IMG/VR virus record: IMGVR_UViG_3300036671_000177 | Location: 1-57,427 of that record | Origin: a virus | Lineage: Duplodnaviria > Caudoviricetes | Length of the DNA stretch: 57,427 bases | Strand: one strand, 5' to 3' | Shown: piece after piece, positions 10,301 to 20,500 of the stretch | Position numbering within the stretch: the first letter of the stretch is position 1 | How the letters are laid out: every line of letters starts with the position of its first letter | Translations under genes and position numbers: made by a program | The notes under the pieces: model-generated | Told to the model about the DNA's origin: nothing | Database searches by the model: none | The model's input: only the letters and a program-made list of their open reading frames with translations

Positions 10301-10659
10301 TTAAAGAAGCCATCTGTCCAAGACAGTTCACTAATCTTATTTAGGTTTTCTAAACCTATTTTATTCTTGGCTAGAAGGATAATGTGATTGTAGACAAGAT
10401 CTTGTTGACCTTCTCTTTCAGACTTATCTCTTTTATCAGATATGTCTGCACACATGTATCCTTCTAGACCTAGAATTGGCTTAATGCCCTTTGCTTTTGC
10501 AAGACGATGCAGTTCTCTATGCCCAGATAAGGTCCCGTGATCTGTGATAGCCAATGCTGGCATACCAAGTTCAACTGCTCGGTCAATGTATTCTTCTGGA
10601 GTAGCAATCCCATCAAATAAACTAAAATGGGTGTGGACATGTAAGCCGACGTAACTCAT
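7384..10659 (-). CDS. dnaE: DNA polymerase III alpha subunit (family C)
   Basis: PHP motifs HVHTHFSLFDG and ITDHG, then GPGRGSSAGSLV, PDIDTD, IHAAGVV, KIDALGL and GYSFNKSH. Confidence 0.97.
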   Translation of the reverse strand: MSYVGLHVHTHFSLFDGIATPEEYIDRAVELGMPALAITDHGTLSGHRELHRLAKAKGIKPILGLEGYMCADISDKRDKSEREGQQDLVYNHIILLAKNKIGLENLNKISELSWTDGFFKKPRFDFAILDKYKEGIIVSSACPSSVLVKALEEEEFAIAKKYINWFKERFGDDYYIEVMPHTEAHINKYLIELADEFKIKVIVTPDCHHSDKSQIEIQEFKLLMNTHAKVIKETSYEKSKKQPTMMKRLDYLYGEDRQITFNKFDIHLLSYEEIKEAMKLQGIDREDIYSNTLLLADTVEDYDIQEGLDLLPVQYKSPDKELAKIAMEGLVERGLSENQEYLDRLEVELKIIKDKKFAPYFLVVSNMINWAKKEDIMVGPGRGSSAGSLVCYALRITDIDPIEHNLLFFRFINPDRNDFPDIDTDIQDTRREEVKDYLVRQYRHVASIATFLQFTGKGIVRDVSRVLNIPLSDVNKVLKTVDSWDDFCSSRSTREFREKYPEVEIYGEQLRGRIRGTGIHAAGVVTSKDPIFRYAPLETRSSTGSDNRIPVVGVDMEEAEKIGLIKIDALGLKTLSVLKNTIDIIKERDGKKIDLLKIKMDDANVYQMLSDGYTKGVFQCEAAPYTNLLVKMGVKNLSELAASNALVRPGAMNTIGKDYIERKHGRQNIDYTHTILKEFTGETYGCILYQEQVMQACVSLGGMSMSEADKVRKIIGKKKDAKEFDQFKEKFVVGASKFISPNLARDLWHDFEAHAGYSFNKSHAVAYSTLSYWTAWLKYYYPIEFMYSLLKNEKDKDARTEYLIEAKRMGISIKLPHINDSDIDFKIEGKGIRFGLSAIKFISDKIGERYMAARPFSSYKELEEFTFTKGNGVNSRALQALRVIGAATFNDNPRNDQEIKENLYEYLNLPEFNITIPSHYYAFIQDIDDFEEKGSYIFMGMVKAIKRGPGWSRVEVLDKTGSVGIFDDENTTIETGRSYLLLCNDNRIVSFIPSDEIKESSHALVKFLSYKQLPYKDDEMFVVSFKPRVTKAGKKMASLTLADTSRDLHSITVFSTSFAKAYMHIEEGKSYKFDFGKTKDGTITLEDVHVS

Positions 10660-10660
10660 A

Positions 10661-11311
10661 TTACCAATCTGCGTTGGTAGATGAAGTTATTGATGGGCCA
10701 TCAAAGCCCAAGTAGAACGCTTCTTGTTCTGCGTATGGAACCTTGCGAAGAGCAGACTCTAGAGGATAAGGCTGAATTGTACCCCAATCAAATGGCTCCT
10801 TGTCTGGTGCTGTTGGAATCAAAGTGTAATTAGTTTCAGTTCCCTGGCCATTACGCTTTAACTTCCACATAACATTTGAGATGCTTTGTGTTTCAAGCGC
10901 ATACTCACGAATTGTATTAAATGATGACTGCTTGCTGATACCCATTGACCAGATAGCAACATAAGGTGCTTCGATACCGTCATCAACTAGAACGTTGCAA
11001 TAAAATCTAAGGCGTGCTCTCCAGCCAGCCTTTGGATCCTTTCGGTGCATCTCTTCTGCCCAGTCGCGTCCTTCTGTATCCATTGTATCTACAGCCTTGC
11101 GCTTGTAATCTTTTGGATTTGTGTGCTCTGATACTACAAGAGCAAGTCCACGATCTGCATTGTAGTTTGCTGAATCTTCATCAAGTTCTTCGATGAATCT
11201 AATCTTTACTGATTGGCCATCTGCAAGTTTTAACCACTTGACCTTTGGACCATCTGATTTTGGCTTGTCGAGTAGGGCATCGATTGCTTTTAATCCCTTT
11301 ACTATACTCAT
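10661..11311 (-). CDS. Single-stranded DNA-binding protein (gp32-like)
   Basis: KLADGQSVKIRF...KLKRNGQGTETNYTL and an acidic/aromatic C-tail, located between primase and polymerase. Confidence 0.6.
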   Translation of the reverse strand: MSIVKGLKAIDALLDKPKSDGPKVKWLKLADGQSVKIRFIEELDEDSANYNADRGLALVVSEHTNPKDYKRKAVDTMDTEGRDWAEEMHRKDPKAGWRARLRFYCNVLVDDGIEAPYVAIWSMGISKQSSFNTIREYALETQSISNVMWKLKRNGQGTETNYTLIPTAPDKEPFDWGTIQPYPLESALRKVPYAEQEAFYLGFDGPSITSSTNADW

Positions 11312-11338
11312 ATGTTTTTCTCCTTTGTGTTGTTTGTA

Positions 11339-12283
11339 TTAGTTTAGCATAGACTGTATTGATTTGTCAAACTGGAAATCCAGCTCTTGAATTGACGTAT
11401 CGTCCATATCGCCTATATCTTTATATTGTTTGTTTAGTTTTATTACGGATACACGAGAACCAAGTTTTTCAACTATCTTAGTTTTCATATTTCCACCTGC
11501 TTCATCGTTATCCGCAATGACAATTATATCATTAAAGTACTTTTGAAGCAATTCTATTTGTATGTTTGAAACATTTGATCCAAGGGTTGCAACTGCTGGA
11601 AAGCCACATTGATCAAGTCTTATGGCATCAAAAGAAGACTCTACTACATAAACTTTGCCAGAAGTCTTTACTCTGTGTAAATTAAAAAGTGTTTTTGATT
11701 TTGGAAGACCAGGAGTATTTTTAAATTCTTTACCTTCAATAGATCTTCCAACGAATCCAATTGGCAAACCATCTGGACTATGTACTGGTACAGTTACCAT
11801 GTCTTGCTTATCTGAATATCCTAATGAAAATTTTGATGCAGATTCTTTTGCTATTTTCCTGTAGTTAAAATAATTTGTTGCTCTTTCAGAAGAAATAAGA
11901 TTATTATGTAAACGCTTAAGAACTAACTCATCAAATAAAACAAACTCTGGTTTTTTGTATAATGCTTTATCTATATCCTGCTCAATGCTAGTTTCAGTTT
12001 CTTTACTCTTGATAAACCGTGCTGCCTCAAAATATGTCCTATTTGACATGTGCATAATAAATTCAATAAAGCCTGTTACATGGTGACATGCAAAACAAAA
12101 AAATGTTCCATCTGTTTTATCTATTTCTCCTGCTGGGGTTCTGTTGTTGTTATGGTATGGACAAAAGATTATGTAGTCTGAGTCTACCTCAGACTCAATC
12201 GTTACACCTGTTCCTGCGAGAACTCTTCTGATTTGCTCTTTTGTGTATAGATTGCTGTGCTTCCGTCTATTCCTGATATCCAT
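11339..12283 (-). CDS. dnaG: DNA primase
   Basis: Zn finger CPYH...FFCFAC and TOPRIM motifs VVESSFDAI and ADNDEAG. Confidence 0.92.
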   Translation of the reverse strand: MDIRNRRKHSNLYTKEQIRRVLAGTGVTIESEVDSDYIIFCPYHNNNRTPAGEIDKTDGTFFCFACHHVTGFIEFIMHMSNRTYFEAARFIKSKETETSIEQDIDKALYKKPEFVLFDELVLKRLHNNLISSERATNYFNYRKIAKESASKFSLGYSDKQDMVTVPVHSPDGLPIGFVGRSIEGKEFKNTPGLPKSKTLFNLHRVKTSGKVYVVESSFDAIRLDQCGFPAVATLGSNVSNIQIELLQKYFNDIIVIADNDEAGGNMKTKIVEKLGSRVSVIKLNKQYKDIGDMDDTSIQELDFQFDKSIQSMLN

Positions 12284-12555
12284 TCGCTTTGCTTTCTCCC
12301 CGTATATGTTCCGTGTACTGTTAGTTGAAATTTAAAATATTTTTTGTTATGGTTATAGTCTAGCGTAAAATCTGGAAGTATGTCGAGCCTAGGAACATAT
12401 CCCGAAAGCCGCATTTCTGACTCAAGAAGTCTAACATACTCTGCCTTAAGTCTGCCAAGTGCTGACTCATCATGGATGATACCATCAAGATAAAACTTCT
12501 TGATGGGCTTATGATGATAGAAGGTTGGAGGAATGTTTTCTTTACTTTGTGACAT
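12202..12555 (-). CDS. Hypothetical protein
   Basis: 117-aa ORF between helicase and primase, with a TATAAT box 5 nt before its ATG. Confidence 0.6.
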   Translation of the reverse strand: MSQSKENIPPTFYHHKPIKKFYLDGIIHDESALGRLKAEYVRLLESEMRLSGYVPRLDILPDFTLDYNHNKKYFKFQLTVHGTYTGRKQSEWISGIDGSTAIYTQKSKSEEFSQEQV

Positions 12556-12567
12556 ACCATATTATAC

Positions 12568-13788
12568 CTACTTATCTTCAAAGTCTTTATATCTATAATA
12601 ACCTTTATCAAAATCACATTGAACTAAGAAATCTCCCATAAATCCATTACGATTCTTTCTAAAAGCACATTCAATGATGTCACTGTTAGCAGCACGGCCG
12701 AGGGCCAATACCCAGTCAGCATCATAAGCGATTTGTCTAGACCAAGAAGTCTGTCCAAGAGTTGGAACACTATTTAAATCGTTTGCATCATCTGGGGTAG
12801 CAGATGAGATAGCAATAATAGGAACCTCTTCACCAATAGCCATTAGCTTAAGTTCTCTTGAAAGGTTCTTCATTCGTACCGTTTCATTATCAGACTTTTG
12901 ATTAGGAGCCATCAACTGAAGGTAGTCAACAATAACAAAATCTGGCTTATATTGATCAATCTTTCCACGAAGAACTGATGGATTAATCTCTCCACCTTGA
13001 TCATTAGAAATAATATGAAACTCTGGCTTTCCTTGAAGATGCTTTGCATGCCAAGCCTTAAGCGTATCAAGTTCTACTTCTCCGTTGCACAGTTTTCTAT
13101 GAGACCAAATACCTTCGCCCATAATTGTAAACACACGATTACGAACTTCTGTTTCGGACATCTCAAGTGAAATTACAAGAGGTGTCTTACCCTGTTTCCA
13201 TGCCTGTACAGCAAAGTATAGAGCCATCCATGACTTTCCTATACCTGGGTATGCTAAGAAAACTCCTAACTGCCCTGGCATAATTCCAGATGGTAGGTAG
13301 TTATCAAATCCTGGCAGGTTAGTTTTAATTCCTACATGTCCAAGAGCCTGTTGTTCTTTAAGATTTTCAAAGTATGCAATTGCAGACTCAAGATCTGTGA
13401 CATCAATATCACGAATTGCTGATGTGTTTTTCTTTAATTCTGATGTTTGAGTAATTAAATCATTTAATGCAACCTGTCCTTGATTGTTCTGAACATTGCC
13501 TGCTGCAGATCTTAAAATATCCTTGAGGCTATCTGTTAGGTACTCGCCCTGTAATTCTTCAAGGTGATGCTTTGTTGCTCCAACACTTGAGATAGGGGAA
13601 AAGTCTCTAAACTTTTCTGTTACAAGTTCTGCAGGTGGCAAAGACTTATTGTTTTCAAAGTACAGTCTTATAAAATTCCAGATATCTCCATGAGTTCTAA
13701 GAAGATTATCTACATTAGCCTGCAGAAGTACATGAATCTGTTTATCTTGAAGAACTGCAGTAATTAATTTGGACTCTGTATTATTCAC
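12568..13788 (-). CDS. dnaB: DnaB-like replicative helicase
   Basis: AYPGIGKS, ISLEMS, IVDYLQL, SRELK, IAYDAD and KNRNG. Confidence 0.93.
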   Translation of the reverse strand: MNNTESKLITAVLQDKQIHVLLQANVDNLLRTHGDIWNFIRLYFENNKSLPPAELVTEKFRDFSPISSVGATKHHLEELQGEYLTDSLKDILRSAAGNVQNNQGQVALNDLITQTSELKKNTSAIRDIDVTDLESAIAYFENLKEQQALGHVGIKTNLPGFDNYLPSGIMPGQLGVFLAYPGIGKSWMALYFAVQAWKQGKTPLVISLEMSETEVRNRVFTIMGEGIWSHRKLCNGEVELDTLKAWHAKHLQGKPEFHIISNDQGGEINPSVLRGKIDQYKPDFVIVDYLQLMAPNQKSDNETVRMKNLSRELKLMAIGEEVPIIAISSATPDDANDLNSVPTLGQTSWSRQIAYDADWVLALGRAANSDIIECAFRKNRNGFMGDFLVQCDFDKGYYRYKDFEDK

Positions 13789-14089
13789 TTAGCCACTCCC
13801 TTGCCATTATTCTACGCTCTGCTCTCTCTTTATCATCTTTATTTTTATCTTTTTGTGCTTGTAAAATTTTTTCTGCATTATATGCAAAGTAATTCCAAGA
13901 TGGATTCTCTGCAACTGAAAAGTAGTACTCAAGTATGTCATAACAACCAGAGATACTGTATGACTCTACAAGGGCATCAGAAGCCCACTGCTCTACGTTT
14001 AAATTAAGTGATGGCTTTGACTCGTACCTTGCGGTATGATACTTGCTGTATCTTGAAAGCAAAGCCATTCGGTCTTTGCGATCGGCCAT
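13781..14089 (-). CDS. Hypothetical protein (possible helicase partner)
   Basis: ORF overlapping the dnaB start. Confidence 0.55.
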   Translation of the reverse strand: MADRKDRMALLSRYSKYHTARYESKPSLNLNVEQWASDALVESYSISGCYDILEYYFSVAENPSWNYFAYNAEKILQAQKDKNKDDKERAERRIMAREWLSE

Positions 14090-14301
14090 TACTCGTTAAT
14101 TTCAGACTTTGCTTCGTTAATCTTTTCAGTTAACTTGTCTTCTACAAACTTGTAGACACGCTCGAAGGCATCATTTGTATTCTCTCCATTGCGCTTACTA
14201 TCAACAACACCAAGATCAAGTCTTAGTGATTGAAAGTTTCCAAGGTTAAGTGTGTATCCAAGTGTAACAGATACATTTGTCTCTTCGTTTTCCATTTTCA
14301 T
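14089..14301 (-). CDS. Hypothetical protein
   Basis: VSVTLGYTLNLGNFQSLRLD, a small-protein pattern recalled from actinophages. Confidence 0.6.
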   Translation of the reverse strand: MKMENEETNVSVTLGYTLNLGNFQSLRLDLGVVDSKRNGENTNDAFERVYKFVEDKLTEKINEAKSEINE

Positions 14302-14309
14302 ACCCTTCG

Positions 14310-14852
14310 TTAAATTGATTCAGACCAGATTGGAATGAATCGACCATCTTCAGTTCTCGTATATGTAAGTATACCATCGCCCATTCTTCTTGTCAATTCT
14401 TGCTTACTAGGCGTAATATCATTTGTAATTAAATTGTCTTTTCTTGGTCTACCAATATGGTATGTAGCAAGTATATCACGTATCTCTCTTACTTGCGATT
14501 CTGAGTAGTATGATCTAACTTGAAATCCTCTTGCTCCACCTTTTTGAGATCCCGTTGGAAAAGGGATGATTCCTCGTTTCATTAATGATGGCATATATTT
14601 TTTATGACGATTTACAAGTGTGGCAGTTTCACCAACAGTGTATGCTCGCTCTCTTTTCTTTTTAAAATCACTAATTAAACAACTTTCAATTTGATCTTTA
14701 GTTATATTATAAACAGACATTATTCCGTTAGATTTATTTAAATGATATACTCGTACTAAATCTTTATTAAGAAACCAAACCTTTTTATTCCCTGGGATTA
14801 CAGGGAGGACATTGTATCCTTCGCTCTCAATACTTCCTTTTTTAGCAGCCAT
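14310..14852 (-). CDS. MerR-like/HTH DNA-binding protein
   Basis: AYTVGETATLVNRH...MKRGIIP...RSYYSESQVREIRD resembles a MerR-type winged HTH. Confidence 0.6.
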   Translation of the reverse strand: MAAKKGSIESEGYNVLPVIPGNKKVWFLNKDLVRVYHLNKSNGIMSVYNITKDQIESCLISDFKKKRERAYTVGETATLVNRHKKYMPSLMKRGIIPFPTGSQKGGARGFQVRSYYSESQVREIRDILATYHIGRPRKDNLITNDITPSKQELTRRMGDGILTYTRTEDGRFIPIWSESI

Positions 14853-14989
14853 GAACCCTCCGCAGAACTTCCTGGTGGATTAAAAAAATTTCTTGATCCA
14901 CAATGCATGCAGTATGTTTCAAGGTGTCCGACTGTACTGTATTGTCTATCGAGAAACATTCTCCCTCTGCACCTTTTGCACACCAACAT
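14798..14989 (-). CDS. Small zinc-ribbon protein
   Basis: CKRCRGRMF...YCMHCG. Confidence 0.65.
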   Translation of the reverse strand: MLVCKRCRGRMFLDRQYSTVGHLETYCMHCGSRNFFNPPGSSAEGSWLLKKEVLRAKDTMSSL

Positions 14990-15438
14990 TAGTTTGGTAC
15001 ACCAATAATTATTAAGTTAACATTAATGGATACGTTATCTCCAGATGTATTAAACCTTACAAATCCATCAAGACCAGAAGTCGTAATACTTTTTAATACA
15101 ACCGTAACATTTTTACCAGCAAGAGTGTTGCCAACATTGATGGCTGTTGCCGTTGCTATAGGAGTAAGTCTAAATTCACCAGCAAAAGAATAGGTAAAAG
15201 GTTTTTCTTCTCCAGCAGTTTTTGTTTCACTACTTGTAACAATAACATTTCCACCAATTATTCTAACCTGATTGGTTGTTAGGTGTTGCGGTCCATCGTT
15301 TACGGTATCAACAGTAACAAGCTTATTTGTTGATGGAGACATGACAGTTCTCAACTCATTAACAGCTTGGGCTAGTTGAGAAATATAAGTTACATCAAGT
15401 GGCTGACCACGCTCAGGTAAAGGAATTGTTGCTGCCAT
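14989..15438 (-). CDS. Putative small tail-associated beta protein
   Basis: Last gene of the tail module, with a beta-rich C-terminus (F...P.ATAT...ITTSG...VNLIIIG) like tail-fibre C-terminal domains. Confidence 0.45.
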   Translation of the reverse strand: MAATIPLPERGQPLDVTYISQLAQAVNELRTVMSPSTNKLVTVDTVNDGPQHLTTNQVRIIGGNVIVTSSETKTAGEEKPFTYSFAGEFRLTPIATATAINVGNTLAGKNVTVVLKSITTSGLDGFVRFNTSGDNVSINVNLIIIGVPN

Positions 15439-15444
15439 ACTACT

Positions 15445-15453
15445 ATTATACCA
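15445..15453 (-). promoter_or_regulatory. Extended -10 promoter TGGTATAAT, probably leaderless
   Basis: Lies 6 nt upstream of the ATG at 15438, with no Shine-Dalgarno. Confidence 0.65.
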
Positions 15454-15913
15454 CTAAGCTTAATGGGTTAGACTCAAAAAGTGTAGCCTTGACAAACCTC
15501 TGTTTAGGAAATGTTGGAACTTGAACTGCAAAACTTACTGTATTATATCCTAATAAAACTAAAATAGAATGTGAAAATGCTTGAACAGAAGCAGCATATT
15601 TAAAATTATCTTCTCCCCACTTAACATATAAATCAAAATCAGATTTTAAGTTTATTGGAGGGGTCCAAACAACATTAATAATTTGCTTGTTTTCACTTAA
15701 TGCTACAGCGTGTGCGATCCAAGGTTCTTGTGGAACTGTTTCTCTATTTATTTCTGGCTCAACATTTATTTTATATCTTGGAGACCAGTGAGAATTTCTA
15801 TTTTTATCTTCAGAGACTATTCTATATCTAACTAAATAACTTTGCAAGACTCCGTTAAATGCTGGTAAATCTTGTTTTTTAATTATTACTTTTTTTACTA
15901 TAGGGTTTGACAC
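15446..15913 (-). CDS. Minor tail protein (putative)
   Basis: Position in the tail module; YLVRYRIVSEDKNRNSHWSP is FN3-like. Confidence 0.5.
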   Translation of the reverse strand: MSNPIVKKVIIKKQDLPAFNGVLQSYLVRYRIVSEDKNRNSHWSPRYKINVEPEINRETVPQEPWIAHAVALSENKQIINVVWTPPINLKSDFDLYVKWGEDNFKYAASVQAFSHSILVLLGYNTVSFAVQVPTFPKQRFVKATLFESNPLSLVV

Positions 15914-17049
15914 TAAACAACACCCATCCCAAACCTAAACTCAATGTGGTTTGTAGTATTTGCATTTTTAATAATTGTTTCTGAATTAGTATTTTTAATT
16001 ACAGAATAGCCAGATAATCCATAAACTGGATTAGAAGATGAAATATTTTCTAGCCTTAGTGCATCTAAGCAAACATAGTAGTTATCTGAAGGAATGTCAT
16101 TTTTTATTACTGTAATATAAAACTTTACAGTATCTACAATATTCCAAGTAAACCCAGATGTTCTAATCAAGTTTTGTAAGGCAACCGAAGAAACAAAGTA
16201 TCTATTTGTTGCAAAATCAATTCCTAAGTCTGTTTCTTTTAGGACTACCTGAAGTCTTGCATACTGTGCATTTGTAGCATTTGCTTCATCTGTATCCGAA
16301 AACTCAACAACAACTCTTACTTCGTCTGGCTGAATTGAAGATTCTCCATTTTTATTTATAACAGAAAATGCAAGTTTTAGTTGATCAGCAGGAGCATTCT
16401 TATTAAAGTCAAGACTTGCGCCAGTTAAGTGTATGTGATTTGATCCTGTTGGAATACCAACTATCCCATTTGCAAGAGATAGATTGCTCATATCTCCTTT
16501 TATAACCATTACGTTATTTAAAAACCTGCACCTTTCATACCGTGAAGATCTTTCCTGGTTTGTAAAAATTTTATTATCTGCATTTGTTTGAAATACTGTA
16601 TTAGCTGTTGCTATAATATTATTTGGTGGATTTGAACCTGAGTCTAAAGGTTCGTAGATTGACTGAATTCCAACAGCACCTGTTTGACTATGGTATTCCC
16701 AGTTTTCTGTTTCACTAAAAGAATAAACTGTTTTGCTATCATATGCTCCTGCAGCAGGGTTTGCTCCAGCAGACCAAACTCCGACTTCAGTTATTTCATA
16801 TCTTTCTGCTGTAGGAAGTTCTGCTGTAAAAACAATTTTTGATTTACCGTTTTCGGTAACATATCCGCGTGAAGTAATTGGTACACGAAACATTTCAAAG
16901 TCTAGGGACTCTTTGCTTGAGTAGTCTCCAAGAACTCCATCAGAAGCAAGTGGCTTTGCTCCACAGCCAATTGCAATATGAGAAGCATAAGCAGGAGCCT
17001 GGCCAATAAGATATTTAGCCAAGATATTTTTACCTATATTAGTTATCAT
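15913..17049 (-). CDS. Minor tail / baseplate protein
   Basis: The N-terminus MITNIGKNILAKYL...IAIGCG...EITEVG is typical of baseplate/tail-fibre attachment domains. Confidence 0.7.
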   Translation of the reverse strand: MITNIGKNILAKYLIGQAPAYASHIAIGCGAKPLASDGVLGDYSSKESLDFEMFRVPITSRGYVTENGKSKIVFTAELPTAERYEITEVGVWSAGANPAAGAYDSKTVYSFSETENWEYHSQTGAVGIQSIYEPLDSGSNPPNNIIATANTVFQTNADNKIFTNQERSSRYERCRFLNNVMVIKGDMSNLSLANGIVGIPTGSNHIHLTGASLDFNKNAPADQLKLAFSVINKNGESSIQPDEVRVVVEFSDTDEANATNAQYARLQVVLKETDLGIDFATNRYFVSSVALQNLIRTSGFTWNIVDTVKFYITVIKNDIPSDNYYVCLDALRLENISSSNPVYGLSGYSVIKNTNSETIIKNANTTNHIEFRFGMGVV

Positions 17050-17052
17050 TTT

Positions 17053-17565
17053 CTACACCTCTTCATATATTGTACCATTAAGTATTTCTCCACTATCTAA
17101 TATTTCTACATCTACCTGCTCATCAAGATCAAGAGATGAAACGTTTATAACAAGATCTCCAGTCGTTGGATCTATGTATATAGTTTCTCCATTAGGCCCT
17201 GTTCCGTAGTTTGGCAACTTTGACTCTAGTTTTATAGAAAAGTTTTTAAAATATGTATCTGAGGTGTTTTCTAATTTTATAATATTATTTGGGTTGTATT
17301 GGACATATAGATCTTTTAGATTTTTAATAGGACTATAGATTACATCTTGTCCATTAACAATATCGTTTCTTGAGATATTGATTAACTCTTGTCCCCCAAT
17401 ATTTTCAAAAACTAACTCTACCATCCTCTCTGGATATAAAGTTGGGTTACTAAGCGCAACAAGGGATGGAGTTGCTGCTTTGGTAGCCTTAGTTAATAAA
17501 CTTAACTGGTACATATGCTTTTCAGAAATAGAAGTAGACTGATTTGCTACTGCATCTGTTGCCAT
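17053..17565 (-). CDS. Minor tail protein (putative)
   Basis: Position in the tail module and translational coupling. Confidence 0.55.
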   Translation of the reverse strand: MATDAVANQSTSISEKHMYQLSLLTKATKAATPSLVALSNPTLYPERMVELVFENIGGQELINISRNDIVNGQDVIYSPIKNLKDLYVQYNPNNIIKLENTSDTYFKNFSIKLESKLPNYGTGPNGETIYIDPTTGDLVINVSSLDLDEQVDVEILDSGEILNGTIYEEV

Positions 17566-20500
17566 TAAATCACCTCACTTAAAAATATTGTCATTGATGG
17601 ACCGCTTTGATCTTTCGAGTACTCTATATTATACACAACAAATCTACTATTTTTTGATGAAACCATATCAATTGAATTATTGATGTAGTCTAAATTAACT
17701 ATATCTCCTAATTGAATCATAGGGTTTGCAAATATTTTAACTCCAACAGACTTTCTTGGTTTCATTATTTTATTAATAACCCAGGACATTAGGTTTTCTG
17801 CAGCATCTTGAGACTGAATGTATGGTACGTCTAAAACAAAATCTTTTTTACCATAAGACATTCTACTTAACTTTATATCCTGATAATCTTTTTTAATTTT
17901 AAATGGTGAGACCACTAACGAAGATTCAGTTATTTCTGAATCAGCCAAGTTGCTATTTTTTGAAAAATATTCATCAACCGTTAAGTCTGTGTTAGATTCC
18001 TGAGTAAATGTTATTCCTTGTATTTTCAAAAAATTTCCAGATGTTGAGTCTAAATTTAAAATAGTGTCTGTTGAATTAAAAACTAAAAATTCTGCCCCAT
18101 AAGATCCTGCTTTAAATCCAGAAACAGTATACCCTTTTATTCTATTAAAGGTGGGAGATAGTTTTGCATAAAGGGCTGGATAGGCCTTATCATATTTAAT
18201 ATTGAATGATGCTGCTTCTCGCATGATTGTTCCGAATTCTTCAAAATACATATTAAAGGCAGGTGGTTCAGCAGAACTTATACCAGATAGATATGTACTC
18301 TGGACCACACCGCTCACAGCGTATTTCATAAAAGAATCATTTGCATTTATTTCAGAATCTCCAAATGCTGATGCTATTGGTGCATTAATCTTAAACGCAG
18401 TATTTTGTGAGTAGTTATTTCCTAAAGCATATATATTTTCAAACATTACTCTCGATGATCCCCTAACAAATAGAGCCATGTTGTTATATACTGGAAGTGG
18501 ATCTTCGTCATCTACCTCTGCAATAAGATTATTATTTATATACAAAAAGAATCTTCTTCTTTTTCCTATATCTTGATACTCTACAGATAAATCATAGACA
18601 GTTGGGGTTTTTTCTGCTGCCATTCTATACTGACCAGTAAATTTTCCATCGTCAACAATTATTCCTGCCAGCCCTTCATATAGTTTAATTGGAATAGCAG
18701 ATGAGCCAGAGGCTTTTATTTTATAAAAAATTACGTCATTTACATTTTTCTTTTCAGAATCATTTAGATTGTTTGCACCAAGTGCAATAATTTCAAAATA
18801 GTAACCATTATTTGTTGATGGATTGATCATGACAGCCAAGCCGCCAGAGCCACCAACTATGCTTATGCTTTTATCTGGAGTAGTTCCTGGAACTGTAAAA
18901 TATGTAGAAGAACCAACAGAAGTTTGTCCAAGATTCCCATCATTTTCAATTTTTCCAACAATTCTCATTCTAGTTCCAAAGTGCTTATACTTGTTGTTTA
19001 ATTCTTTGTATACATAAGAAACAAAGTCTAATGGCGATTCTGTTGTGGTAAATCCTGGACCGTTCATAATTAAAGCCGATGATTGCACCGTTCCTGCTTG
19101 AGTAGAAAGCATAGCATTTATGTTTGACTCAGATATATACTTCGATGCTAAAGCATTTTTAATAATTCCGTTCCTTGATGTTTTTTGTGCAAGGGTATTG
19201 TTAATACCTGCAGGACCTACTGTTGTTAAAGGAGGAGTCTCTTCAAGTTTAAACAAATAGTCTGATTGCATTGTGCATCCCCGCACATTTTCATTGCTAG
19301 ACCAATAAGGACTGACTCCTGCTGAGTGCGAAGCAACTGCTGTTCCAAATTGCCCTCTTCCATGTTTTGCAACAACTCCATTCTTAAGTTTTATAACTCC
19401 AAAAACTTCTTCATAGTTTGGTTCAGCGTAGATCCTTACTAATCCAGTAGGGTAAATCTTTCCATTAAAAGGCAATGAGGAAAAGTATTTTTCATATTCT
19501 TGAACATTATTTATCCAAACATTCCCAGTGCCAGAAATATTATATTGAACAGCATCATACTTGATAATTTCTCCATTTGAATAAAAGTATCCGCTATATC
19601 TTGTTATAAAGAAAATTCCTTCTCCAAGATCCATAACACTGTCAACAACTTTATTGTTTTTTACTGATGGAATTGTTGAAGATAAATTTGAATTTAAAGG
19701 TATTGCACTTAGGGCATAGGTTGATTGATTTTGAATTACTTGATTTACAGATTTTGTGCCTTCTGATCCTCCTAATTCCCAAAGAAGTACTGGCTTATAT
19801 GCCCAGATTTTTTCATTGTCCACAAGGCTTGCCTGCTTTATTGTTCCAACTGATCTTTGTATAGACCTTGTGGTGTAAGTAATTTTTCCATCATTGTATA
19901 CTTCGTTATCCTGAGATGTTATTTCTAAAATATTTGAAAGTTTATTATTTGTTCTTTGATTTTTAATAACGCCCGTATCTGAAAAATCTGTAGTTCCATA
20001 AAGAGTTACATCTGTTGGTCTTTGAATAACTGATGGCATTATATAATCTTTGCTCATCATAACAAAATTATTGTATTCATCAAAAAACATTGCTGTTTGA
20101 GTTGATACTGCAAGATCCTGCAAAACTTCTGCTACACTTCTTTCTGGAGCAATAAAGAAATAAGGAATAATAACTTCAGATTCCCCATCAACTCTTTTAA
20201 AAACATAATTAGAAAATCCTATAGAGTCTAATAGTAGAGAAACTGCAGAACTTACAGATGTATTTGTAAGTAAAATTTGTGGTGCAATCTTTGATTCAAA
20301 ATAAAAAAACAAATCCCTAAGTTCTATAGAAACCTGCTTGGACTGATTATCTAGTTTTGGAAAGCCATCAGAATACATGGTCTTGATTGGCAAATAGTAT
20401 TCAGTTCCAGAATTATCTGTAATTACTTCATAAATTTTAATTTGAATGTTTTTAGAAACATATCTACTAATAATACTTTCTAAATTGTTTGGATGAAATG